Of a stretch of 59,765 nt of DNA, positions 25,101-37,300 are shown in pieces; within the stretch, counting starts at the first letter, position 1, and each line of letters starts with the position of its first letter. The translations under genes and the position numbers were made by a program. The DNA is from Folioceros fuciformis. Lineage: Eukaryota. The stretch lies in NCBI GenBank assembly GCA_049999805.1, contig JBNGIO010005822.1, forward strand, positions 1 through 59,765. The letters are read 5' to 3'. Below the pieces are notes generated by a model. The model was not told the origin of the DNA, did no database searches, and saw only the letters and a list, made by a program, of their open reading frames with translations.

Positions 25101-28100
25101 AAAGTTTGGATCTTTTCCAGTTGCTTTCCTTGTCATTGACGCACAGCCCACTGGATGCTTCCATCGATTAAAAGAATACCTGATCCATACTTCCGAGCTG
25201 CCATGCAGCACAGTGTGCGATGGATTGTAATACACTGTGATAGGCTGCCCTACTTGAACATCAGCTGGTTCTGTGAAAAAACGGTATGCCTGGGACTCTA
25301 GAAATAGTTTCTTGGCTTTGATCTTCATCTCCTTCTTAAGCTTTTCTCTGTACACAGCCTTCAGCAAATAAACAGACAGTGAGTCATGTTTTGGCACAAA
25401 AGAACCTTGTCATCCTTTTGCAGATGAAATGCTTACTACCGCCAGTGATTGAATCCTTGATTACCTTTCGGTGAGCAGCTTCTTTCCTTTCTTTCCGCTC
25501 CTGCTGCAGCTTCTCATAAATCTGTTGTTCCTTCTGTGCCCAAAAGGAATCTTCAGGAACACTTTTTGTTACTAGAGCATGAAAGTCTTGATAGTTGTTG
25601 TTGTCATAGATCTGGGCATTGTCCTGACGGCCATTTGCAAACACCCAGTTCAGCATGTAGGCTTCCTCTGGTACGGCCACTGCAGTGCACAGCATCCAGG
25701 TCAGACACGATGCACACTCATTAGAGGCAAGCAATCCACATGCAGTGAACAGGAGAGGTACAGATCATTCCTTTCTACACTGCTCAAATTTAACTTAAGG
25801 CCAATCCACCAACACGATATGAAAAGAGCTGAACAACTGAAGAGACTAGTCATCTACATTAAGGAACGTTCGACTTGAACACCTCTTGAAGGAACTCAGT
25901 GTCACAGCAGCAACCTCAGTGTCATAGCAGCAGCAACGTAAATTGTGATCACTTGTACACACCGCTGTTCGCAAGGTGTATCCAACAATCCAGGTTACCC
26001 TGTGACAATGTCTAGCGTGGCTTGCCATGGTTACCATGGTTTGCCGACTCCAAAGTTCCAATCGCTCCAGTAACACAAGCAGCAACGCGAGGCTCATCAT
26101 ACACATGCAGTGGACACGAGAGGTGACAGATCATTCCTTTCCTTGGCGTGCAAATCAAACTCAGGGCCAATCCACCATCACGGCATGAAGGGAGTAGAAC
26201 AACTGAAGAGACTACTCATCTACGTCAAGTACCGTTCGACACGGACACCTCTTAAAGGACCCCACTGTCACATCAGCAACCTCGGTGTCATATCAGCATC
26301 CACGTAGATTGTAATCACTTGTACTCTCCACTGTTCACAAGGTGTATCCAACACTCTGGGCTAATTTATGACAATGTGGAGCGTGGCTTGCCATGGCTAC
26401 CATGGTTTGCCGACTCGAGATTAATTGCTCCAGTAATACAAGCAGCAACAGGAGGTTCAAATCATAACCAGTCTCAACCATCTTCAAGTGTCCCAGATGA
26501 AGGCACTATCTCTCGACCTCTCAGCTTCCAACCAGTTAAGACAAACAGATTGACCTCTGAGTTCTCTCGGGGACCTTTAAGTAATATAGACAGGATGCAG
26601 TCTATCATATCCAGCAGACATCTCTATACAGCAATTGCCATGTCACCAAGTTCTCCTTGTTGCAGAAGACGAAAAGCAGAATTGACCCACCTTGCACAGA
26701 CCACCAGTCACCATCCTCCGAATCGGCAGGAGAGAGCAACTCCACAAAGGATACCATATCTTGCCAATTGTTATAGCCCCCATGTATCCAGATGTTTGGA
26801 CTTGAAGCCAGAGGCCGGTCTGACCTGTTGTAAAGGAGAGTAACAACGTCACCCCCATGGAAATCAGCAGGCTCAACGTACCACAGTCCAGGCACCGATA
26901 CCACAGCCTTTTGAAGAGCATCCCTGGCCTTATCACGCTGCTCCAGTACCAAGCGTTTGGCCTCAGCTCTGTCAGCTTCTTGTTCTTCCTTCTCTTCTGC
27001 CAACCTGCGCTCCTCAGCCGCGATTCTCTCCAATTCGGCCTGTTCTGCAGCTACTCTCTCTGCCTCTTTTCTCTTCTCTTCTGCCAGGAAATGCTCAAAA
27101 TCCTGCTCGGACATTCCCCCATACACATCGAAGAAAAAGTCCCTCCCTTCATTATTTTCGTACACTTTGTCTCCGTTAAAGAAGACGAAATCCAGTCGAA
27201 ATGCCTGTGAGGGGGCTTGCAACGAGCAGGTCCACCAATCACCTTCCACATCAACCTTCGACAGCTCTGTAGTGAACAAATTCCATCTCCAATGATTGTA
27301 TGCACCGAGCATAAAAATTTTTGGTTCGTTTGACAAGGCTGTTGCACTGCGTTTAAGGAAAACATGGAAGTGCTTTCCAGCATGCACAGCTTCTGGGTTG
27401 GAAAGGATCCAGCTTGCATCATTCTCCTTCAACAATAACTTCACGTCCACAATGTTGCCCTCGTCCAAACTTTCAGCCAAGAACTTGCGCTCGGTGAGAG
27501 TAATTTCGGCATGCGGTTCCTGTTCTTGAGCGGACGATATCCGTGCCAGTGGCAGGCCACCAGAATCGTCGTCGTGTGTGCCGACTGACAATTTTTCGGT
27601 ATCGGCCGAGTAGGCGAACAACTCCGAAATCCTGGGACCGGAAGGCGATTTCACCAACTCTTCTTGTAGCGCAATTGTCTGTACCACATCATCCGTGAAC
27701 GATTCCAATCCATTATTGATTGACGGCAGAGGTGAGGCGTCTTCCTTTGCATCAGGCGCGATAACGGCGTCGTCAGCTGCATCAGTCGGGATATTGGAGT
27801 CGTCCTCTGCAACAGGCGGGATAACGGCGTCGCCCTCTGCAACAGGCGGGNNNNNNNNNNCCTCTGCAACAGGCGGGATAACGGCGTCGCCCTCTGCAAC
27901 AGGCGGGATAACGGCGTCCTCGGCTGCAACCGGCGGGACAACGGCGTCCTCCTCTGCAACAGGCGGGACAACGGCGTCCTCCTCTGCAACAGGCGGGATA
28001 ACGGCGTCCTCGTCTGCAACAGGCGGGATAAAGGTGTCGTCCTCTGCAACAGGCGGGATAACGGCGTCGTCCTCTGAATCAGGCGGGATTCCGGCGTCCT

Positions 28101-28691
28101 TGATGATGTCATCTAACAGGCTTTTGCTATCCAGTTCCTCCACAGCGGCGAGGCCACTTCTGTCTTGAGGTGTTTGATCACCGAACTGCTTAGTAGCTCG
28201 TGGAAACAGCTTGCCTGCACTCACCGGTGCACAGGATAAGGATGATAGCTCAAGAGCAAGCAATCGACCTAAGACACCTGTGCTCAGCGATGAGGCCTGC
28301 TTCAAGCTACGAAATTCAAGGAAATGCCAGGAAGCAAGGAGCGGGCATACGACCACCTGAAGGACCTGCGCTTCCGTGGAGCAAGAAAATACGAGTCCTC
28401 CTGCACCCGTGATACTGCCTGCTCGGCAGCCTCTGCACAGCAAACGGCGCAAGTAGCAGAGATCGATTGAGCATAACAAATTGCGCAGGAGCTCGGGCAC
28501 TTACGACTTCGCAGCTACAAATTCTGAGTGCTGAAAGCACTTACAACTACTGTGAGCGGAGGTTCGGGCGTGGACGGGTACGAGGTGGAGGCGCAGGGAG
28601 ACGGTGGCGAGGCCGCGATGCACGGGGTTGGCCTCGCATTCAGCGCGCCTGCGCCTGTAGCTAGGCGAGGCCAGGCCATAGGTGAGGCCAT
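22159..28691 (-). CDS. SS3: Soluble starch synthase III (multi-exon)
   Basis: Three CBM53-like modules (e.g. [10 protein letters not shown]...[13 protein letters not shown]), a coiled coil, and GT5 motifs [52 protein letters not shown] and VRKTGG; ends YFGARK*. The 5' exons are uncertain. Confidence 0.95.
25737..26460. repeat. Intronic tandem duplication, period about 365 bp x2, diverged
   Basis: Copies start CACATGCAGTG..CA.GAGAGGT at 25737 and 26102 and align almost without gaps over most of their length. Confidence 0.9.
27741..28098 (-). repeat. Coding 30-bp tandem repeat ([10 protein letters not shown])n in the SS3 N-terminus
   Basis: About 12 visible units; the N gap at 27851-27860 means the true copy number is unknown. 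Confidence 0.92.
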
Positions 28692-29168
28692 GGCCGTCGG
28701 GACAGAAGAGCCACAGGTTGGGTTGTTCAACATCTAGACAGTGTCTGAGCTTTATTGGTGACCCAGACAGGCTGCCAAAAGCAGAGAGACATGGACGCCA
28801 GAAGATAAGGCAAGACACTGCGCTTGGCACGCAAGAGCTTCCCGCAGCGCTTATAGCAAACTCTTTCCTGCTCGGTACACCTCTCAAACCTCAAACAGGA
28901 AACGACACAGCAACAGAGACAAAGATGCGATAGCCTCCATTCCCCCCGGGCGTCGAGTGCCATTCATCTCAGAGGAGCTTTTCCGGAGTTAGCCTTGTTG
29001 TGATCTAACTGCAAAATCGGAGCTTTGGGATGAATGCCTCTCAACCGTCTAATTTACGCGGGTGTAAAGCGACTAGACGCTATACGTATGGACGACTATG
29101 TAGCGACTAGACTCCGACACGCCCCTGTTGCCGAACAATGTTGATTCCTTCCAAGCTCGATCCTATCC

Positions 29169-31234
29169 TCAAGCTAAGCCTGCCTCCTTGAGCACGCTTT
29201 CGAAGGCCTCCTCATCTTGCCAAGGCACCTCGGGGATTTCGCGGTTGAAGTGGCTGGCAATCTTGTCCAGATCTCTTGCGTCCTCCTCCGTCACCAAGAG
29301 ATTGAAAGCAGCGCCTGCACGAGACGCACAGGAAGGCACGCGTGCTTCAGGCAGCCAGCGGACAAAAGAAAGATGCAACAAACCAAGACAAATAGCTGTC
29401 TGACGTGAGCTCCCTCACCACGACGGCCAAACCGGCCACTTCGGCCTATCCTGTGCAAGTAGAGCTCGTAGTCCGGCTCGTCCGGGGTGGCAGCCTTCAC
29501 GGGGATGTCGAAATTAACAACCAAAGTGACCTGCGCTTGATCAAAGCCCCGCGCAAGTACGTCGGTTGCGATGAGGATCTTCGTTTCCCCGCATCTGAAC
29601 TCCCGAATCACCCGGTCGCGCTCTTCATGAGTGAGGCCGCCTTGGATGGAGGAACACTTGTGGCCGTCGGCGTTCAAGATCCGGTGCAGCTCGCTTGCGT
29701 TCTTCCTGGAGCGGACGAAGATAATGGACTGCCCTAATTTCTCCGCAGCCGGGAAGATGCGTTCCTTGAGCACCTCGATTTTGGCGCGCACATTAGGGCA
29801 CAGAACACGATACTGCCGGATCACGTCAAGTGAAAGCTTCTCCTTCTCCACAAAGACGTAGTTAGCTTTCACCGTCACTCTCTGGGCGAACTGCTTGACT
29901 CGTTCGTTGAAAGTGGCAGAAAACAGCAGGACCTACAGAGGAAAAGAACACAAGCTCTTCACATCACATCAAGTCACATCACCTCACCGGAATCCACACT
30001 GGCGCGCATCCTGGTCCTTAGGGCAAACAATTTCCAAGTCCTTTGAGTAAGATACGCACTTGGAGAGACGTTTTTAGCCTGGTCACCTCCTTGGTGACTT
30101 CCTTCATGATCCTCAGTGAGTCGTCTTGGAAGCCATCCTGCATGACCCGACACATGCAGGTACAGCATCCGTCAGTAAGCACGGCCAACGAGCAATGTAA
30201 AAATGAAACAGGGAGCAAGAAATACTGTACCTGGTCCAGCATATGGTCCGCCTCATCGAACACCAGTACTCTGATAGTCTTAGTGCTCAGGCTTCTATCT
30301 TTCGTCATCCACCGCTTCAAGGTTCCAGGCGTCCCGATGACCACCTGATCAGTGATGCGGCTCGGCCTTGCGCCAGCCTCACTATCGGCAAAAGCTGTAC
30401 AAGCGCAGGTTATGCCAGTGTGCTTGCCCATTTTGATAAGTACTTGTTGATTCTTCACACATGATTCAACACGCTAGATGAGAGGACGCCACAGCCGCTA
30501 TGCAACACGAAGTGCTGCCTTTCCATCTACCCTGTGCACAGCAGGCAGCAAGTGTAAAAAAAAGAGAAGAGTGTACCTGGATAGCCAGCTCCCTAGTAGG
30601 GCAGACGCAAAGGGCCTGCGGTGCGTTCATCAGGGGATCCACCCTGCTGAGCATCCCAAGCACGAAACATGTAGTTTTGCCTGAACCGTTGTGAGCTTGC
30701 GCAATGAGGTTCGGGTATGGAGGTGTCAGAATCATGGGCAAAGTGACGGCCTGTATCCTGCTGGGCTTTTCGAATTTCATCTCGGTGTACAAGCCCTGCA
30801 GCAGGGCCGGGGTAAGGTTGAGGTCCTCGAACGTTGTGGCCGATGTGTAGAGGGTGTCATCGGCCACAACCTGCAAACAGTCAGCGAGGTAAATCCACCC
30901 GACTCAACAGCAACAGCAACAGTGACAGCATCAGCATTGGCATCAGAAACATGACCACGGCACATGAAACTGCGTGGAAAACCCTATCGCAAATGCAGGA
31001 GTTGCAAGAGTTGGAGTCCATCCGCACCTTCCTGATGTCTGCCTCCGGCGCGGCATCCGTGCCAGCTGGTGCACTCGTGCTGTCGAGCGCGGCAGAAAGG
31101 CCGCCGAGATGGAGACCATCAGGGGCCGGGGGCGGATGAGGCAGATCGGGTTCATCGAAATCCTCATCTCCCCAAGCAATCCTCCGGGGCAGATTAGGCG
31201 GAGCGTCCACCGCGGAAAAGAGACGTTCGGCCAT
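29169..31234 (-). CDS. LOS4: DEAD-box RNA helicase, DBP5/LOS4 (RH38) type mRNA export helicase
   Basis: Q motif FEKPSRIQ, AQAHNGSGKT, PTRELAIQ, GTPG, DEAD, LLFSAT, TDVLARGFD and YLHRIGRSGRFGR. Confidence 0.93.
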
Positions 31235-31380
31235 GACGATTGTCCACCACCAGCTTTCCTGCGTTATCCACCAATTATTTAGGTTACCGGATTTCAAACA
31301 ACCAAAGTCACAGTCTGCTGACTTCCGTCCCTGCGAGCAGCAGACTTCCGTCCTCCGAAGCTCCCAGACGCAGATCCGAG

Positions 31381-34049
31381 ATGGAGGCCTTGGCGAAGCC
31401 GCTCACTTCGGTGTGGCCGGTGTGGAAGGCCCCGCCCAAGCTCATCATCAGCAGGAGGACCAGGCTGCATTGCATCGCCCAAGCAGATAAGGTGGAGAAT
31501 GCAGACGGCAAAAAGGTGGTGGTTGTCGGTGGAGGCTGGGCAGGCCTCGGTGCCGCCGACCATCTCTCCAAGCAGGTATCCGGAGCCTACCTCACACCCT
31601 CTCCTTCCTCTGCCGGCTTTGGCGCTCCTTGCCGGTGCTCCTGCTGCAGCTTCACCTGGCGGTGGACATTCGCAGGGCTTCAATGTCACGCTCCTCGAAG
31701 CTGGGCGTGTGCCCGGAGGCCAGTCAGCTGGTTGGACCACAGCCTCTGGACGGTCCGTCGAGGTCGGCATTCACGGTAAGTACATTCTTTCGCTGTCCGT
31801 ACAACTGCTCCCGCTGTTATGCCACCGCCTTCCTTTCTGCGGTGCCAAGTTCGCACACATTTGTGAACAGGTTTCTGGTACCCTTACAAGAACATCTTCG
31901 CACTCGTGGACTCATTGGGCCTCCAGCCGTTCACCGAGTGGACCAGATCTGCGCAGTACTCACCGCACGGCCTTGAGGTAACGAAAACACGCCCCGCGCT
32001 TCCTCCGACCAACGCTCTCCGCCCGGGAAACTGCCGCATGGACTACATTGTGCTTTTCCGTGTTGTTCCGCCTTGCAGGTTGAGGCACCAGTGTTCCAGG
32101 ACCTTCCTCGATTACCGAGCCCCCTGGGAACGTTCGTGTACACTCAGGTGAAACATTTGCGAGCCATTTCGGTGCATGCGCCTCCCTTTTCTACCTGCAT
32201 TGCTTAGGCGTTGACCGCGAGGGCATGGTTGTGCAGTTCAAGAGGCTTCCCTTGCTAGACCGCCTTACCGCCTTGCCATTGCTCTATGCTGGTAAGTGGA
32301 TCCAAGTCCAATGCAGGTTGCGATTGTGCACTATCCGGCGAACCAGGCTGACGCGTTTCTCTTGGCCCTGTCAGTCCTCGACTTCGACAACAGCGACAGT
32401 GCTTGGAGGAAGTATGACAAGAGTAAGCGTCCCTTTCTCTCCTCCCGTGCACAGTACATGGGAGGCGACGCACATCGCGTCTCACATTCTCGGTTAATGC
32501 TGTCCAGGAACTGCAAGAGAGCTGTTTAGAGAGTTCGGGTGTTCAGAGCGGCTGTACAACGAGGCCTTCAACCCCATGCTTCTTGTGGGCTTGTTCGCCC
32601 CCGGGGAACAATGCAGTGCTGCTGCGGCCTTAGGCATGCTATACTACTTCATCCTGGCTCATCAGGTGAGTGCTTCTCTCGTATGCCACCCTGTGCATGC
32701 CCGTCCAAGCTGTGTGCCTGCCATTGATCTCCACAGCCTTTTGGACTAACCGGGGTTTTGTCGATACTTTGAACTCGATTGCAGGCCGACTTCGACGTAG
32801 TGTGGTGCAAGGGCACTGTTGGTGACCAGATTTTCAAGCCTTGGGTGGAAAGACTCGCAGTCCAAGGCTGCAAGTTCATCCCGGAGAAGAAAGTCACAGA
32901 TGTCGTGCTCAATGAAGAAACCGGAGCCGTAACGGGAGTTCTGTGCGGACAGGACACCTATCAAGCAGATGCTGTGGTATTCGCTGTTGGTGTTGGCGGC
33001 ATCCAACGAATTGTTGCCAACAGGTTGGTAGACAATTCCTCCTGCGTTGACAGTTCCTGTGGGGCGACACAGCTCCTGTCATCAGCACTGAGACGTTGTT
33101 TCCCCCTCCTCTCTCTGCGCAGCGTGATTCTGAAGAGCAAGGAAGACTTTCTGAAGACTTCAAATCTGGGCGCTGTGGACGTGCTTGCGGTCCGCCTCTG
33201 GCTAGATAGAAAGGTAAGGAAAAAAGCTCTCCTCAACTACTATTGGCTTCATTATCTGCAGGGGCTACGCAGCAAAGGCTTGACCCCGCGCTGTGCACGT
33301 GTTCCTTGCACATTCCACAGATCACCATCCCCAAACCAAGCAACGCCTGCTTTGGATTCGACAGTTCAACAGGGTGGACATTCTTCGACCTCAATTCCTT
33401 GCACGATGAGTATAAAGATGAGCCAGGGACAGTGGTGGAAGCAGACTTTGTAAGTGCTCGCAAACCCCTTTCACCTTTCTCGGCTTGCCCGCCCGCTGGG
33501 ACCTACCATCGCCTACTAACGCTGGAACGTCCGTTCTGTCAGTATCATGCCAACCAGCTATTGCCCCTCACCGACGAACAAATAATCCAAAAAGTGCTAG
33601 AGTACCTTACCCTTTGCGTCCCACAATTCCGACAAGCCAAAGTCTTGGATAAGGCGGTGGTCCGATTCAAACGAGGTGTAACACACTTCGCCCCAGGAGC
33701 TTACCAAAATATGTTGGAAGTAAGCACGAGCATCCCCAACTTGTACATGGCTGGCGACTGGATCATCAACCGCCATGGTTCCTGGTCGCAGGTACGAGCA
33801 TACCTCTTACCATCGAGGACGCAGGCTAATGACAACACACCTTAACCTGTGCCTTGTATCGCGCAGGAGAAAGCGTATGTGACGGGCTTGGAGGCTGCCA
33901 ACAAGGTGGTAGATTACCTGAAGCACGGATCGCCCGCGCAGATCATCCCCGTGGAGGCCGACGAGCCGCACGTGCAGGCTTTGCGGGAGCTCAACGCCTT
34001 GGGGAAGGACGTCATCAGCCGGCTGCCCTTCGCTGACGCGTTTCTGTAG
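31381..34049 (+). CDS. FAD-dependent amine oxidoreductase-family protein (carotene desaturase-like), probably plastid-targeted
   Basis: Transit-peptide-like N-terminus, dinucleotide-binding motif VVVVGGGWAGLGAA, GRSVEVGIHGFWYPY, and NLYMAGDWI...SWSQEKAYVTGLEAAN. Confidence 0.88.
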
Positions 34050-34358
34050 AGTCTCGTAAATTCGTCTTTTGTGCACGGCATTTCAGCCCGTGAGCGTCTC
34101 TGGTCCCTGGACATTTTGTTTCGATGTCCTATTTTTCTATGTAATTGGGTTGTATGAATAGAGTCGCGTTTTCCTCCCGATCTTTTCCCCTCCCGATCTT
34201 TTCTTCTCGCGATCTTTTCCTATCCAGTCTCCCAAGTTCGTGAAAGAGCTTGGCCCTTGCTGGAGGAGTTTGATGGAGTTGATGCGCACTGGCTGCGTCA
34301 TTCCAGACGCATCGTCGCCTGTTGGTTTGGCGGCGGCGAATGCACTGAGCGGCGAAGT

Positions 34359-37300
34359 ATGGCGCTGGCGCCGGCGAAGCTCTTTGGCCCGTCGCGGGCG
34401 CGCGACTGCTGCCCCTGCGTCTCGCTCATCGGGGGCGGCCGAGGCTGCAGCACCTCGTACGCGCGGCCCGCGCCGGGCCGCCTGCTGGTGGCGTGCTCGG
34501 CATCCAAAGGGGCAGTGACGCGGGAGCGGGACCGGGAGGAGCAGCAGGAGGAGGAGGATGATGCTGCAGCTCCAGGTCCTGTTCCAGCTCAGAGATGGCG
34601 CAGCTCCGGGTTCAAGCAGAATCCGCCTCCCTGGATGGCGCGCGGGAGCGGTGCGCCACCGGGGATGGCCAGGCAGCAGCAGCAGGGGATGGAAGCAGAG
34701 GGGGAGGCGCGGGCCGGGAAAGGAGGCGACGGCATGGACCCCGGTACGCAGTCCGGCAAGAGGTCGGCCATGTCCCGCATTGTGGACAAGCTGCAGAGCA
34801 TCAGGAGCAGCAGCCAGGGGGTGCAGCAGGGGAGGACCTCCTACCTCGGCTACACTCAACAGCAGAGGCGCGGGGCGCACACCGCGGACTCCATTTTCAC
34901 GCACAGGCCGGGAGGGAACAACCAGGTGCTTCCCAAGGTGAACCCCAAGTGGTCTACTCCCGACCATCCGGTTCCCACGCCCGGGTTTCAGGAGCCGGGG
35001 AGGATGGACTCCAGGTTCCCCTGGGAAATGCGGCCGGATGAGGAGCCGACTGCGGAGGAGGAGGTCGGGAAGGTGAAGAAGGTGAAGCCGCCGTCGCTGG
35101 CCGAGCTCACCATTTCTGGAGAGGAGCTGAAACGGCTGCGCGGGCTCGGGCTCCATCTGAGGCACCGGCTCAAGATTGGGAGGCACGGGGTCACGGACGG
35201 CGTTGTGGAGTTCATTCACGATGGATGGAGGAATTCTGAGATTGTCAAGATTAAATGTGAGGGACCGCCGGCTTTGAATATGAAGAAGACACATGAGGAT
35301 TTAGAGGTTTGTGCTCTTTCTGCGTCTGCCGTTGAGTTCGGGTCCGCGCTGTTGATGCTGCTGATGAGGTGTGACGTTTATGCAGAGGAAGACGGGAGGT
35401 TTGGTGGTGTGGAGGTCGGGTGGTGCCGCTATTATCTACCGGGGAAAGGATTATGTTCATCCGTCCAAGCTGCCTGAGTCGGTTCTTGAGAAGAGGCGAC
35501 AGGCGCCGTTGCCATTGTTCAGGCAGAATTTTGGAATCAATGGGGCACTGGCTGGGCCCGTGCAGCAGGAGGAAGGCAAGGAAGCAGAGGAGGAAGTACG
35601 GGCGGTGGAAGACCGTGGTGCTGTAGATGAAGCTGTGCTGGAAAGCGGCGTCTCACCTGATGCGGAGGCTTCAGAGAAACCTGAAGGGAAAATTCGGGAT
35701 AGGGTGCTGACCGAGATAGTTGCGAGCACTGGTGGAGCTGTGGATAAAGGAAAACTGACAGAAATCATGATGCGGGAGTTAGAAGAGGTGGAGAGAATTT
35801 TGGAGGAGCTGGGACCGCGCTATGAGGGTTGGACTGGGCCACGTCCGGTTCCAGTCGATGGGGATTTGCTGCCGATCGACGAGTCTGCCTACAAGAAGCC
35901 CTACAGGCTCTTGCCTTACGGTGTCAAGCCAAATTTGACCAATAACGAGCTTACAGATTTGCGGAGACTTGCGCGTCCCTTGCCACCTCATTTTGTCCTT
36001 GGTAAGTCCCGACATAAGGACCTTCAATGAAGCCCTCTGATTTGAGCTGGTCAGCGTCTCTGTCGACTCTTCTCAGCCAGTACAGGTCCGTTGGCCACGT
36101 CCTTGCCTTGCGCCTGAACACATGGCCTGTCTGAATGAATGGATGTAGGGAGAAATAGGGGCCTCGTTGGTCTAGCAACGGCTATTTTGAAACTTTGGGA
36201 ACGAAGTGAAATAGCAAAAATTGCTGTCAAGAGAGGGGTGCAGAACACCAACAATGAGAGAATGGCTGAGGAGCTTAAGGTATGTGGGACTTCTGTGTCC
36301 TGCGACTTGCGTGTCTTGGGAAGACCAGTTTTACCGAGAATAAGGCTGGGCTTTCTGTTTGGGTTGGGTTGGGTTGTGCAGCGATACACTGGTGGAGTTT
36401 TGCTTTCTCGCAACAAGGAATTCATAGTTCTCTACAGAGGAAAAGACTTTCTTCCTCCTCTTGTAGCCGCTGCTTTACAAGAGAGGGATACAATGACAAA
36501 AGCTCTTCAGGAGGAAGAGGAAAGACTTAGGTTTCGTGGAAATGCTAGCAAGGCAGCAACTCTAGGGCTTCCAGTGGAACAAAGTAAAGCTGGTACCTTA
36601 GCTGAAACTCTGGAGGTGAAATCTCAATGGCAATCCTGGATAGATACTGAGGAGGAGCAGCGGAATAGAAAAGCAGCTAAAGCGGCAGCTAGGCGATATG
36701 AGGTGGAGAGAATCGAGAGGAAGGTGCAACAGGTATATCACGAGCATAGTCTGACGAGTCTGTATGGGATCGTGTTGCAAGTGGCCCTTTCCCCCGTTGT
36801 GGCCAAAGGGTTTGTCTGTTGTGGATTTTTGAGCACTGAGGTATGTTGTATTTCTATGTCTTGTGTGCAGGCGCTGATAAAGAAAAACAGGGCTGAGGAT
36901 GCACTACATAAAGTGGAGAAGAGCCTTGAACTATCAGGGCCACCTGCCGATGCTGAATATATTACTGATGAAGAGAGGTATATGTTCAGGAAGGTTGGCC
37001 TCAGAATGAAGGCTTTCCTCTTGATAGGTATGCGACATGCATTTCATCTTGTTGCCGGACAAAATGAAGATGTTTTTGGCATTCTTCAGGACAGCAGTCT
37101 TGTCTACTTCGAGTCTACTGAGTCTTGTGTCAACTCTTCATGGACCTAATGCTTTCACCGCCTTTGTGTTCCAGGTAGACGAGGAGTTTTTGATGGGGTG
37201 GTCGAGAATATGCATTTGCACTGGAAGCACCGGGAGTTGGTGAAGATCATCATCAAGGAAAAAGACCCTCGAGAGTTGGAGTACACTGCGAAAATGTTAG

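Noticed and set aside
25579..26307. Paired similar short ORFs as duplicated alternative SS3 exons or peptides
   Set aside because: Stops differ between copies and there is no similarity to CBM or GT5 sequence; best explained as a noncoding duplication.
34137..35294. 385-aa minus-strand ORF
   Set aside because: Antisense shadow of the GC-rich first CFM2 exon.
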